64,000 nt of DNA from Octopus vulgaris (Eukaryota). Positions 25,150 to 37,133 of this stretch are shown one piece after another (the first letter of the stretch is position 1; every line of letters begins with the position of its first letter). Below the pieces are notes generated by a model. The model did no database searches and was not told the DNA's origin. It worked only from the letters and a program-made list of their open reading frames with translations. Position numbers and translations under genes: made by a program. The stretch spans positions 23,002,001 through 23,066,000 of the forward strand of contig OX597834.1 of assembly GCA_951406725.2 (NCBI GenBank), given 5' to 3'.

Positions 25150-26440
25150 AACCCTATTGACATTAATTCTACCTCTATTAATCAGGACATGAAATCAAGT
25201 TGAAACGATATTAACAATTGTAATTTTATTTCGAATAACAATACCAAATCGAGTAATGTATTTCTGCAGTGTAAGGGAGATAACCGTTAAGATACTTTTT
25301 TTTTTTCATTATAAAGGTACATCGATGACTTTTAAAGATAATTACCCTAATAACAAGATATGTCCTAGCAAAACTGTTTGATTAATAATTCCATATGGTT
25401 AGCAGATCAAATTCAACCTCCCTCATCAGTTTTGTGAAGTTATAGAAAAGGATTTCCCAAGAAATTCAAGATACTATTCGATTATAAACTCACGCCGATT
25501 TAGGATAGGATTTTCTAACAAAAAATCTTTCACAAATCATCTCTTTGCATAATAATAAGTTGTTAAATACAAATCCACTTAATGACAATACTAACATTAA
25601 TTTTTTTAACACTAACCATTCTTTAAATAATATTAACAGCGGGGTTATTGTTTCTGAAGTCAACTCCAATCGCATTCGTTTTCATAGCAGTAATTCTAAG
25701 ACAAGAAACTCTATTTATCAATGTACAATTACTTCCGGTTCTGATGTTATTTTTTTTTTTTTTTTAATATAGGTAGTTCTTCATCTCAGTTGTCCAACAA
25801 AATGTCTAATCATTACTCTACATTTAGACATACCAATAAACGTAATAATACTGAGCTGAGTAAATTAATCTCGTATCTAAAAGATCATAATAAACAATTT
25901 GATTTGGAATGGAATATTCTCTCTATTTCTTTACCGTATGAAAAAAGTTAATCCTTTTTGCTTGCTTTGTAGTAGTGAAATGTTTTTCATCCTATTCTCA
26001 GAGAATCCCCTTGTAAACACATTTATAGAACACGTTCATCGATGCAAACATTGGCAGACGCATATCTGTAGTTCCTATAAGTGATTTCGACCATTCTATA
26101 AAATTCGACCTTTAAGCTTTATTCTAATTCGCCTATCGCTCTATATCTCTCTCCACTATTTAGTTTTCTGCTAATTTCTTTCTTTCTTTCTTTCTCCTCC
26201 TCCTCTTTCTATAAACTACCTTTGACATGGTATCTACTAACAGTTTTTAAAAAAAAACTTGATAGTGTTCCCTTCATCATATATGGAATCAACATATTCT
26301 CTTAAAATGTCTTATTGGTGCATTTGGATTCTTTCTTTCCCTGAGGGGAAGATTGCATTGTTTTATACCAATGTTGTCTTCGAAACATGTCAGAAGTAAA
26401 AGAATTTGAATAACATCTGTGTTTAACTCCATTTATTTAT
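25150..26440 (+). mobile_element. Decayed Penelope-like element (linker and GIY-YIG endonuclease) with terminal hammerhead
   Basis: KDFPRNSRYYSIIN...KNLSQIISLHNNKLL; NSIYQCTITSG; TELSKLI; FCLLCSSEMFFILF...RCKH are PLE-type motifs. Confidence 0.7.
26333..26400 (+). ncRNA. Minimal type I hammerhead ribozyme (variant core)
   Basis: CTGAGGG (26341-47), stem II GAAGATTGCATTG/CAATGTTGTCTTC, GAAAC-ATGTC, then AGAAG that can pair with upstream CTTTC/TTCC. Confidence 0.65.
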
Positions 26441-26456
26441 TCATCGATATACAGAT

Positions 26457-26487
<31 letters not shown>

Positions 26488-26494
26488 CAGAGAG

Positions 26495-27746
26495 AAAAGA
26501 AAGAGGCTTAGAGTCGCCATTATGAAAGACTGCTGAATGTGAAGAATGAATGGAAGGAGGAGAGTCTTCCGAATGTTGACCCAGTAGAGGGACCAGCTAT
26601 CCAAATAGACAGCTCCCTAGTAGTTAAAGCAATTAAGGGTATGAAGGCAGGAAAAGCCCCTGGCCCATCAGGAATCACTGCTGAGATGTTTAAAGCATCT
26701 GGTGGTATGGGCTATGGCTTAGTCACCCGCATTGTAAACCAGGTACTACATAAAGAGAGTCATACCCAATGACTGGCGTAGCAGCACCATAGTTAACTGC
26801 TACAAGGGTAAAGGTGATGCTCTAGATAGGAATAACTACAGGGGTATTAAACTGCTGGATCAGGTGATGAAGGTCACAGAGAGGGTCATAGTCCATCTCA
26901 TTAGGGAGAGAGTCTGCTTAGATGAGATGCAGTTTGGTTTTGTTCCGAGTAGAAGCACCACTGATGCCATATTCCTGGTTCAACAACTGCAGGAGAAATA
27001 CCTAGCTAAAGATAAACCCCTCTACTTAGCTTTTGTGGATCTGGAGAAAGCCTTTGACAGGGTTCCCCGACCCCTTATCTTGTGGGCAATGTGGAAACTG
27101 GAGATTGACGAATGGTTGATAAGGGCTGTACAGGCCCTATACAGAGAGGCCGTTAGTAAGGTTAGGATTGGCAACGAGTATAGTGAAGAATTCCGGGTCC
27201 ACCAAGGTTCAGCCCTTAGTCCCCCTTCTATTCATCGTAGTCCTCCAGGCAATAACAGAGGAATTCAAGACGGGTTGCCCCTGGGAGCTCCTCTATGCTG
27301 ATGACCTGGCCCTCATAGCAGAACTAGAAAAGAAATTTCGGGTGTGGAAGCTAGGTTTAGAATCAAAGGGCCTTAGAGTAAATGTAGCAAAGACCAAAGT
27401 TACAGTAAGCAGAAAGGCGAACTCATCACACACTCCCTCGGGCAGGTGGCCCTGCTCGATCTGTAGAAAAGGTGTAGGTAGAAACTCCATAAGATGTACC
27501 CAGTGTAAGCTATGGATGCATAAGAGGTGCAGCAACATCAAAGGAAAATTAACTGAGAAGATAGCTTTCATGTGCAGCAGATGCACAGGGGCAATAGACA
27601 CCACAGATACTCAGAAAACAGATTCCATCACACTCCAGGGGAAGAAACTAGAAGTAGTTGATAGTTTCTGCTACCTAAGTGACCAAGTTAATAGTGGAGG
27701 TGGATGCTCAGAGAATGTCACCACTAGAATACGAATAGCCTGGGAG
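26495..27746 (+). mobile_element. RTE-clade LINE ORF2 fragment (RT plus PHD-like C4HC3 finger)
   Basis: KAPGPSGITAE, LAFVDLEKAFDRVP, LLYADDL, GLRVNVAKTK, CSIC..CTQC..H..C..CSRC. Confidence 0.9.
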
Positions 27747-27779
27747 GGTTTAGCTCCCAATTCCAAAATTGGGAGCTAA

Positions 27780-28050
27780 ACCAATCCTCGAACTGGACAG
27801 CATTGCATCATACCAAAGATCCCATCTTCTCCATCTAAAATAAGGACACAGTACTGCAGTAGTCTGGGTTTCAAGGGCCTGCAATTGTTCAACATCCTGC
27901 CAGGCAACCTTAGAGATCTACATGGTGTTGATGTCAATGTTTCCAAGGAATGTCTGGACAGGTTTCTATTTGAGATACCAGATGAACCCACATCACAGCA
28001 GGAGACGCAAGGAAGAGCAGCTCCGTCCAACTCACCACTTCACTAAAAAC
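27780..28050 (+). mobile_element. CR1/L2-type LINE 3' end
   Basis: Plus frame reads GLQLFNILPGNLRDL...CLDRFLFEIPDEP...RAAPSNS. Confidence 0.6.
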
Positions 28051-28748
28051 AATACTGGAAGCAACATCAGTGTTCCTCCATCAGTGTAGCTAAAAATATG
28101 GTGTTGCAAAATTCTTATTACACAGTTACATCTTTGATGTCTGGAATACATTTAGGGTTGTGTCTCATCTTCATACACAGAATTTTGATGTTCTTGGTAA
28201 ACACAATGTAGAAAACATTTCATCTTTCTAGTCATAGCAGAAACCGGTGTTACACAACTGGCACCTGTGCCAGTGACACGTAAAAGCACCTATTATGCTC
28301 TCGGAGTGGTTGGCATTAGGAAGGGCACCCAGCTGCAGAAACCATGCCAAGTCAGACTGGAGTCTGATGCAGCCCCTCAGCTCTGGTTAAGCCGTCCAAC
28401 CCATGCCAGCATGGACAATAGACATTAAATGATGATGATTGTTGCTGTACCTAATAATTTTTCAAATATTGTGAAATAATAACAAAAACTGAAATTTATA
28501 AACAAAATTTATGACAAACACTGAATTGTGCCTTTTACCAGCCACAAGAGAAAGCATCCTCACCAAAAATTTATAAATATTGTTATTTACCATGTGAGCG
28601 ACACTTTGCACATATTGTGAAAGTTCAATAAGATTAGTAATTACACAAATAAGAGAAAAGAAGAAAAAAATATAACTGATCAACAAAAATTAATTGATAT
28701 CCACACTGTACTTTATTTAACAAAATGTGAATTCTGACATTGATACAG

Positions 28749-29762
28749 TTACTGTTTGGCATGAGTAATGGTATGAGTGGTTAAGTTCGATTTTTGAGAG
28801 AATGATTTACCACAGACATTGCAGTGATATGGCTTCTCTCCTGTATGAACACGTGTATGTACTCTTAAGTGTCTTCCATCAGAGAATGATTTACCACAGA
28901 TACTGCACTGATATGGCTTCTCTCCAGTATGAATACGTTTGTGAGTAGTTAAGGCACTATTTACAGAGAATGATTTACCACAGATCTCACAGTGATATGG
29001 TTTCTCTCCTGTATGAATACGCCTGTGTGCAGTTAAGGCACTATTTACATAGAATGATTTATCACAGATATCACAGTGATATGGTTTCTCTCCTGTGTGA
29101 AAACGTTTGTGTACTGTTAAATGTCTTCTATCAGAGAATGATTTACCACAAATTTCACAATGATATGGTTTCTCTTCTGTATGAATAAGTATGTGTTGAT
29201 TTAAGTGACTACTTATAATGAATGATTTACCACAGATACTGCAGTGATATGGTTTGTTTCCAGTATGATTACGTTTGTGAATAGTTAATTGATCATTCCT
29301 AGAGAATGATTTACCACAGACATCACAATGGTATGGCTTCTCTCCTGTATGAATCCGTATGTGAAGATTTAAGTGACCACTTAAGGAGAATGATTTACCA
29401 CAGATGCTGCACTGATATGGTTTGTTTCCTGAATGAATATGTTTGTGAGTTGTTAACTGATCACTCCTAGAGAATGATTTACCACAGATATCACAGTGAT
29501 ATGGCTTCTCCCCTGTATGAATACGTATGTGTTTGGTTAAATCATTACTCCTACAGAATGATATACCACAGATGTCACACTTGTGCGGTTTTTCCCCTGT
29601 ATGAATACGTTTGTGACTAGTTAGGTTATATTTTACAGAGAATGTCTTCTTACAGATATCACATTGATATAATGTTTTTTTTCTCTCTTCATTTATGTCA
29701 CCAGGGAAACTAATCTGTTTAGATTGGGTTTCAGACTTGTTCTCATATAATTTCCTTTCCAT
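28749..29762 (-). CDS. C2H2 zinc-finger protein E (11 fingers)
   Basis: ATG-initiated ORF with TGEKP-linked fingers; acceptor AG 30116-30115; donor 30611. Confidence 0.93.
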   Translation of the reverse strand: MERKLYENKSETQSKQISFPGDINEERKKTLYQCDICKKTFSVKYNLTSHKRIHTGEKPHKCDICGISFCRSNDLTKHIRIHTGEKPYHCDICGKSFSRSDQLTTHKHIHSGNKPYQCSICGKSFSLSGHLNLHIRIHTGEKPYHCDVCGKSFSRNDQLTIHKRNHTGNKPYHCSICGKSFIISSHLNQHILIHTEEKPYHCEICGKSFSDRRHLTVHKRFHTGEKPYHCDICDKSFYVNSALTAHRRIHTGEKPYHCEICGKSFSVNSALTTHKRIHTGEKPYQCSICGKSFSDGRHLRVHTRVHTGEKPYHCNVCGKSFSQKSNLTTHTITHAKQ

Positions 29763-30399
29763 AATTTTCTGATCCTCACCACAATGTACAAATGGTTCTG
29801 TTAGTTTTGGTTTTATATTTTATTCTTAACAAATATTTCTTCTGCTATTATTTCACTCAACTGTGACCCTTGTTGAGATTTGAAGTTACCACAAACTCCT
29901 ATGTAGTGTAAGTTTAATCAAAATATATAAATCATCTTGTACGGTAAAGTAGGAAAATCTTACAGATAATCTGTTATTAGTAATTACTTACTCCAGTAAT
30001 AAAAAAGAGGCTTATATCTGTTCTTCATCACAATTTCAATTTGTCGTTAAAAGATGATATAGATGCTTGGGTGGTGGTGGTGGTGCGCTTTTCGTCGCCA
30101 TGTCATACGATATTCTGAAACAAGAGAAATAGTATAAATTATTAAAAAATATTGTGGAAATAAACGAAAAATAGAAAATGTCAACGTTTTAACCGAAGCC
30201 ATTGATCTACAATACCGTGTCAACAAGGGGCTTGTACAGAAGAAAGTAGGCCCGATGTTATAAATGAAGGTAAATGATGACTAAACAGTGTATTCACCTT
30301 AAGAAATACTTTCTCTTTGAGTTAACATTAAGATATTGGGGGAATAACGATAATTGGAATGCAGAGTGGAAAGGAAAACAAAGTATTCAGACAACAATA

Positions 30400-30730
30400 G
30401 GTAATGTCAGTTAAAGCAAGTTTTTCAGTTCACTATATTACATATGTGACAGCCAACCCGTATGGTGATTAAGACAGCATCGTTACTTGAAGAAAATTCT
30501 TTCTCTTCTTCACTTTCCTTCCTTTATCTTTGAACACATTAAAACAAAAGATGAAGTAGAAAGACACGACCTATATAATGTAGATGTTCTATTAAAAAAA
30601 AAAGAACTTACATATTAATATAGAGCCAATGACGAAGATGTCACGATAGATTCAAATAGTCACAACTCAGACTGGACAATGACAGCTTTAACACAACTTC
30701 TATATTTTACAATAAACCTTCATTTATATC
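30400..30730 (-). promoter_or_regulatory. ZNF-E putative non-coding exon 1 module
   Basis: Conserved module; donor GTAAGT at 30611-30606. Confidence 0.65.
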
Positions 30731-31561
30731 AATATTTCCCCCAAGGGACGGCAACACTACTGGGGTATTGTAGACAATTTCTATCAGAAATAGAGAAATA
30801 AGGGGTGAGAGACGTATCTGTATAGATTTTTTTTTAAGGTTTGTTTCTTATTAAAGTATTAACTTTAAAATGATTTACCCCACAATCACGACAACAATAA
30901 TAACCAGAGTTTGGAGGAAATCCTGATCCGAAGATTTGTGTCATTAATGAAGATAAAGCGGTGTCATCATTAAATAGTTACTTATAGTGCGTGCAATAGT
31001 AATATAGTTCCTTGTGTCAAAATAGTACCCGGAACTAAATTACTCAGCCCTGATATTACGCGGAATCAGAGGCTTTGAAAAAGTTTTAGTAAGGAAAAAG
31101 AGCCAATAGTTAAAAAATTTACAGGACTAACTTGTACTTTCACATTAACATAATCAAGAATGTTTTAGCTATTTCTTTCCACAGTTAATTAGCAACAATC
31201 ATCTCTAATTCAATCACCTTATTGTGAGTTGTAAACAAGATCTGACCCTGTAATAAAGGTGTTTATAAAACAATAAGAGGGAATCAACAGAATTATATAT
31301 AATAATAAGCTCTCAGAATAACTAACTCTCTCTAGATTCAATGTGAGTCTTTAAATATATCCTGGTCTCTTTCATATATTTTATCTTCTAAAGGACGTAG
31401 ATTTACTAACTCTTCCTCCTTGTTATTACCGTCCTCATCGCCAAACAGGGTAATCTTTTATTTTGACTGCCTCAAAACATGCTTTTCCCTGACATTGGTG
31501 ATTATATTTCTACAATTATTTTCATCATTCTTTTCTTGGAAGGAAGACTGTAATGTAACTA

Positions 31562-34036
31562 CATTGATCTTTGTTGATCACGGGTGGCCGTAGAAAAAAA
31601 GATGAATATAAGCGTGTTGAATGAATCGATGACAAATGAATAATAGAATACATCGGAAAAATAGTTTTTCGTTCAGAGACTCCAACGCACCCAAACAGTC
31701 TTTAAACATACATAATAATTTTGTTTCATGGTTGGAATAAAATAATAAAATTTAATTACATACGATCAGTACAAAAGAAAAAATGTAACCGTGAAAAATA
31801 TAACACTTACGGATTCCACTGAGTTAGTGTAATGTAGGAAGGTGTGCTGGAGTTAGACGAGGTTGGGATCGTCATCTTCATCTTCTGTGTTGTCATCGTT
31901 ATTTGTTGGAGCTGATTGTGGTAGAGAGAGAATGCCTGAGAAGTCTGGTTTAGAGTCAGGGTCAATGTTATTGACTTGGATACGAGGTGTAGAAGACCTA
32001 ATAGTGAGAGCTCCATAACGGCTGGATACCGGCTCTTCTTTCTGCGGTGCTGGAGAACCAGAAAAACTGCCAAAGAGAGGAGTTATCATCGACTGCTTAT
32101 TTAATGCCTGTCGTTCCCTATAAATTTCTTTGTAGGGTGCAATGCCACGATCTAGAATGGCAGTTACAGATTCTTTTCTCTCAAAACTTGGATCTGCTTC
32201 CTGTATGAGTTGAGTCAACTGCTCATAGTAGGACATTATTTTTTTTAGGTTTGACATGGTTAATGTTGGACTAGATTCTACACAGTCGCCGTCATCGTCC
32301 TCTGTGCCTATGTCATTTTGTTTTTTGTCGACTAATTCCAACACCTCTGTGTCATTTAATTCTCGCTCAGGAGATTCCATCATATTCCAGATGTCATTTT
32401 CATTGAGGTCTTGAAAACCATCCCCAGGTAATGCTTTTGCCATGTTTAGAACTCGAGTCATGTTATCCTCTTCAAACCCAACGAAGTCTGGAGTTGTGTC
32501 AGGCAATAAGTTGCGCCATCCATTCAAAAGACATCCTTGAGTTACAGCTTGCCAAGCCTTGCCAATGAAGCGAACACCGTGTAGAATGTTGAATCGTTTC
32601 CAGTATTGCCGTACAGTCAGTTCCTCATCGTCCACCAGTGCCTTGTGTATATCCTCAAAGGTATGGTCAAGATAGAAAAGCTTAAATGTGGCCATCACTT
32701 CTTGGTTCATAGGTTGCAGCAATGACTGAGTGTTAGGCGGTAAATAAATCACTTTGATTTCATTCTGAATGTCATTTAAGTTTGTAGAATAGCCAGGACA
32801 ATTGTCTAACACAAGAATTGCTTTAAAAGAAATATTCTTCGTGGCACAGTATTCTTTCACTTCAGCGCGGAAGTGGGTCATGAACCACTCTTCAAAAACC
32901 CCTTTAGTCATCCACCCATTTTTATTAGCACGCCAGTGCACAGGGAGAGTTAACATGCTAATGTTCTGGAAAGGACGAGGCCGGGCAGAACGATGTATAA
33001 GCAGTGGTTTAGCTTTAAAATCACCAGAGCCGTTACAACAGAACAACAGAGACACACGGTCTTTAGCGTCTTTAAAACCCGTCGTCATGGCCTCTTCTTT
33101 CGCTACGTAACTTTTTTCAGGCATCTTTTTCCAATAAAGGGCTGTTTCAACTGCATTAAAAACTTGACACGGTAAATATCCACCCTCATTCATCATTTTA
33201 TAAATTTCTTCAATATAACGCCGAGTTGTCTCTGTATCATCTGATGTTGCATCACCTGAAACAAGTTTGCTGGCTAAATTATATCGTTTAATGAATTTCT
33301 GTACCCACCCACGGCTACCCTGAAAAGTATATTTGTCCTTATCAACAACATCACTAAGCTCAACCAAGCTCTTATATATTTGCTTAGCACGATTCTGGAT
33401 ACGTTTTGTTGACACAGGAAGCCGCTTACTGTAACAGTCCTGCATCCACAAATAAACCCCCTTTTCCATGGGCTGAATAAAAGCATCTTTATGTACTCTG
33501 ACTATTCGATTCACTGATCTAGGGGCAGCATCCGTGAATGCATTCATTATATCTCCACGCACTTTGTAAATGGAACGAATGGTGGATTCATTAACACCAA
33601 ACTCGCGGCCCACACCAGCGAAGCTTGCCCCGTCATATATTTTCTTGATCATCTCCACTTTTTCCTGTAAAGAATACACTCGTCTACGTCGTTTGTTCAG
33701 ATCGGGTGCTTTCGTATTGTTTCTCTTCGTTGGTCCCATGTTCATAGGTTCCTGTATATAAATCCGTATTAAAAAATACACAGCCTCAGAACACGGTCAT
33801 GTAAACACAAGTGATAATCAGTGCATTCTGGGTAGCTGAGCATCAGCGGGATGGTTGCTGGAGGGGAAGGTTGGTTTATTTTATTATTTTTTTGCGGTGC
33901 AAGCAGAATCTTCGACTGATCCCTGACCTGTATTTTCACATATCAGTCCTTGATAAACATAACATGGTTTACAATTAAGCGTGCCGTGTTATCCAGGATG
34001 AGTGTTGAATGAGTCAGTGATGAACGAGGTTGCAAG
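31562..34036 (-). mobile_element. Tigger/pogo DNA transposon footprint (~2.5 kb) with degenerate TIRs between TA dinucleotides
   Basis: TA-CATTGATCTTTGTTGATCAC (31560-) vs reverse complement TA-CTTGCAACCTCGTTCATCAC (-34038), about 15/22 by manual alignment; tandem GTG(T/A)TGAA(T/C)GAG subterminal sites. Confidence 0.55.
31853..33745 (-). CDS. Tigger/pogo-derived (TIGD1/CENP-B-like) protein: HTH-psq, HTH-CENPB, catalytically altered DDE_1 domain, acidic tail
   Basis: Uninterrupted ORF 31853-33781; ATG 33745 or 33739; FGVNESTIRSI, FQGSRGWVQKF, FNAVETALYWKKMP, LDNCPGY, QPMNQEV. Confidence 0.85.
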   Translation of the reverse strand: MNMGPTKRNNTKAPDLNKRRRRVYSLQEKVEMIKKIYDGASFAGVGREFGVNESTIRSIYKVRGDIMNAFTDAAPRSVNRIVRVHKDAFIQPMEKGVYLWMQDCYSKRLPVSTKRIQNRAKQIYKSLVELSDVVDKDKYTFQGSRGWVQKFIKRYNLASKLVSGDATSDDTETTRRYIEEIYKMMNEGGYLPCQVFNAVETALYWKKMPEKSYVAKEEAMTTGFKDAKDRVSLLFCCNGSGDFKAKPLLIHRSARPRPFQNISMLTLPVHWRANKNGWMTKGVFEEWFMTHFRAEVKEYCATKNISFKAILVLDNCPGYSTNLNDIQNEIKVIYLPPNTQSLLQPMNQEVMATFKLFYLDHTFEDIHKALVDDEELTVRQYWKRFNILHGVRFIGKAWQAVTQGCLLNGWRNLLPDTTPDFVGFEEDNMTRVLNMAKALPGDGFQDLNENDIWNMMESPERELNDTEVLELVDKKQNDIGTEDDDGDCVESSPTLTMSNLKKIMSYYEQLTQLIQEADPSFERKESVTAILDRGIAPYKEIYRERQALNKQSMITPLFGSFSGSPAPQKEEPVSSRYGALTIRSSTPRIQVNNIDPDSKPDFSGILSLPQSAPTNNDDNTEDEDDDPNLV

Positions 34037-34199
34037 TATTAATTAGCGCGGATACGTATGGATTTCCATACTTCTGATAACCGGAAGTAGTAAGAGTGAC
34101 TCTAATTTAAATTTTACCAACAACTTGGAGAATTGATCGAGATTTTCTTGTTATTTCTGGGTGAGATGTAGTTTATTATTTGTATTTAGGTAATCCAGT

Positions 34200-34530
34200 A
34201 AATTAGAGATGATTGCTAATTAACTGTGGAAAGAAATAGCTACAACATTCTTTATGTAAAAATCTAAACGAAAGTTTGTTGTAAAATGTAGAAGTGTTGA
34301 AGCTGTCGTTGTCCAAGTTGTGACATCTTCGCCATTGATTCTATATGTAAGTATCATTAATAGTATCAACATTTATAATGTGTCCTTTTTCTGCTTCATC
34401 TATTTGTTTTGATGTGTTCAAAGACAAAGGAAAGAAAATGAAGAAGAGAAGACATTTTACTAAAGTTGCTTTTATCATATGTAATATAGTGAGTTAAAAA
34501 ACTTGCTTTCACTGACATTTCATATTGTTT
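34200..34530 (+). promoter_or_regulatory. ZNF-F putative non-coding exon 1 module
   Basis: GTGACATCTTCGCCATTGATTCTATAT|GTAAGT, donor at 34347. Confidence 0.6.
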
Positions 34531-35849
34531 TTTAAGAATATTCCAAGAATTACACAGAATAATTACTCAAAGGTGTAGTCTTCGGAAATAATCGGTCTGA
34601 TTTGCATTTGATGAAGCTTGTGCACATACATGTGTGCTAGCGGACGTTCGGAAACACGCTTTTGTAAAGGTGTTGTGTCCTCCTTCTGTCTTTCGAAGCT
34701 TTCCAAACACGACCATCATGTCATTTTAAAACGTTCCAATCATGCCCACCCAGTTTGTTTTTGAAAGCGATCCAACCCTCACCATCTCGTCTTTTAACCC
34801 CATATCTCCCTCATGTCTCACTCCGTAGTTTTTGGACGGACTTTCGGCGTTGCTGGCTCTGTTTTGGTCGAGATTTTGCCTATCTTTCCATTTTTTTTTT
34901 GTTCTGGTTTATTTTGTATTTCAAACGTCTCCCCTCCTCCCATCATGTCTATTGACAAACAATCGCCAATAATATGATTTTTTTTGCTATGTTTTGTCAT
35001 TACATTCTGAAACGCATCTAATTTGCATTAAAAAAACAAAACTCCTCGCCTTACTTGATCGTATCTTCAGAAAATGGGTACGTGTGTGTATATATGTGTA
35101 TGTATTTATGTATGTATGTAAACTTTTGGTCTTAAAAAGGAATGGCTATATTAGACGAGTTCCATTCTTCAGGTAAACGTTTCCATCTACCGTTTATCAA
35201 TATAAAAAAAAATGTAGTAATCTTAATTTTATGTATCCTCTGTTTCTTTATATTTCATTCTCTTTTATTTCAGAACATCAGATGACATTGGCATAAAAGA
35301 ATTATTAGTTACTTGAGTTCGTTACTTGGAGACCAAAAATAAATTATGCAGAACAGACTTAATCCTGTTTATATAAGTCTGTTGTAGAATTACTGTGAAA
35401 TATTTGCTGTGAACTGAGATTAACAGTGAAATTTCCCTGTTTCACTGTCTGAAATGAGTGGAAGATGAATTTATATTGTAATTAAAATTGGATAACAAAG
35501 GACTTTGCAACATCTTCAAATATCAACAAAGATCACAGTTGATGGAATTATAGCAGAAGAAATATTTATTTGGAGTGAAATCTAACAATTTAAAGAAAAC
35601 CATCTATAGCAAGTGGAATTTTATTAATGGATGAGCAGGCTTCAGGAGACATCTTCAGAGGAAGAATTTCCATCAAGCATTTTGTTCCATTGGTTCTTGT
35701 TACTGGAAGGGATCCAGCCCGTGTAGATCATGACTGTCAAGTGTCCCCCTGTTGATTTTGAATTGCTGCATTTAGTGGGGATTGAACTCAGAACTTTCGG
35801 GTAATCTTATTGACCTGAAGTATATACTACAGTGAAAGACGAAAACATT

Positions 35850-37133
35850 ATGGAAAATGAATTATATGATAACAAGGTTAAATGTGAAACGGAGTCTGAA
35901 AGTATTGATTTTTCTGATGACGTAAAAAAGGAGAGTAAAAAACCATATCTCTGTGATGTCTGTAAAAAGTCATTTCCTCGTAAAGATAACCTAAATATTC
36001 ACAAACGTATTCATACTGGAGAGAAATCCTATCATTGTAACATCTGTGGTCAGTCATTTTATGCTAGCAGTCACTTAACAAGACACAAGTACACTCATAC
36101 AGGAGAGAAGCCATATCATTGTGATATCTGTGGGAAATCATTCTCTTATGGGACCAGTGCTGTAACTAAACATAAGCGCATTCATACAGGAGAGAAGCCA
36201 TATTACTGTGATATGTGTGGCAAATCATTCTCTGAAAATGGGGCCTTAACTACTCACAGACGTATTCATACAGGAGAGAAACCATATCACTGTGACATCT
36301 GTGGGAAATCATTCTGTCAAAATTATGACTTAACTAAACACAAACATATTCACACAGGTGAAAGGCCATATCACTGTGATATCTGTGGAAAATCATTCTC
36401 TCGAAACGACCACTTGTCTACACACAAGCGCATTCATACAGGGGAGAAGCCACATCACTGTGACATCTGTGATAAATCATTTTCTGATGGAAGTTACTTA
36501 ACTAAACACAAACGTATTCATACAAATGAGAAGCTATATCATTGTGATATCTGTGGTAAATCATTCTGTGTGAGTAGTAACTTAACTAAACACAAATACA
36601 TTCATACAGGAGAGAAGCCATTCTGCTGTGACATCTGTGGTAAATCATTCTCTGGAAGTGTTAACTTGACAAAGCACAAACGTATTCATACAGGAGAGAA
36701 ACCATATCACTGTGATGTCTGTGGTAAATCATTCTCTGGAAGTGGTGACTTGACTAAACACAAACGCATTCATACAGGCGAGAGACCATATCATTGTGAT
36801 ATCTGTGGTAAATCATTCTGCGGCAGTAGTGACTTAACTAAACACATACGCATTCATACAGGAGAGAGGCCATATCAGTGTGATATCTGTGGTAAATCAT
36901 TCTCTAGAACTGGTGATTTAACAAAACACAAACGTATTCATACAGGAGAGAAACCATATCACTGTGATATATGTGGTAAGGCATTTTGTCAGAGTGGTGA
37001 ATTAATTTCTCACAAACGTATTCATACAGGAGAGAAACCGTATCATTGTGATATATGTGATAAATCATTTTCTCAAAATTGTGACCTAGCTAAACACAAA
37101 CGCATTCATAAAAGAGAAGCCATATCGCTGTGA
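35850..37133 (+). CDS. C2H2 zinc-finger protein F (14 fingers; 15th out of frame)
   Basis: ORF 35832-37133; first ATG 35850; acceptor AG 35272-35273. Confidence 0.92.
   Translation: MENELYDNKVKCETESESIDFSDDVKKESKKPYLCDVCKKSFPRKDNLNIHKRIHTGEKSYHCNICGQSFYASSHLTRHKYTHTGEKPYHCDICGKSFSYGTSAVTKHKRIHTGEKPYYCDMCGKSFSENGALTTHRRIHTGEKPYHCDICGKSFCQNYDLTKHKHIHTGERPYHCDICGKSFSRNDHLSTHKRIHTGEKPHHCDICDKSFSDGSYLTKHKRIHTNEKLYHCDICGKSFCVSSNLTKHKYIHTGEKPFCCDICGKSFSGSVNLTKHKRIHTGEKPYHCDVCGKSFSGSGDLTKHKRIHTGERPYHCDICGKSFCGSSDLTKHIRIHTGERPYQCDICGKSFSRTGDLTKHKRIHTGEKPYHCDICGKAFCQSGELISHKRIHTGEKPYHCDICDKSFSQNCDLAKHKRIHKREAISL

Noticed and set aside
34540-35080. GC-richer insertion in ZNF-F intron (similarly ~47070-47520 in ZNF-G intron)
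   Set aside because: Probably TE-derived, but I found no TIRs, TSD or coding motif, so it is left unannotated.
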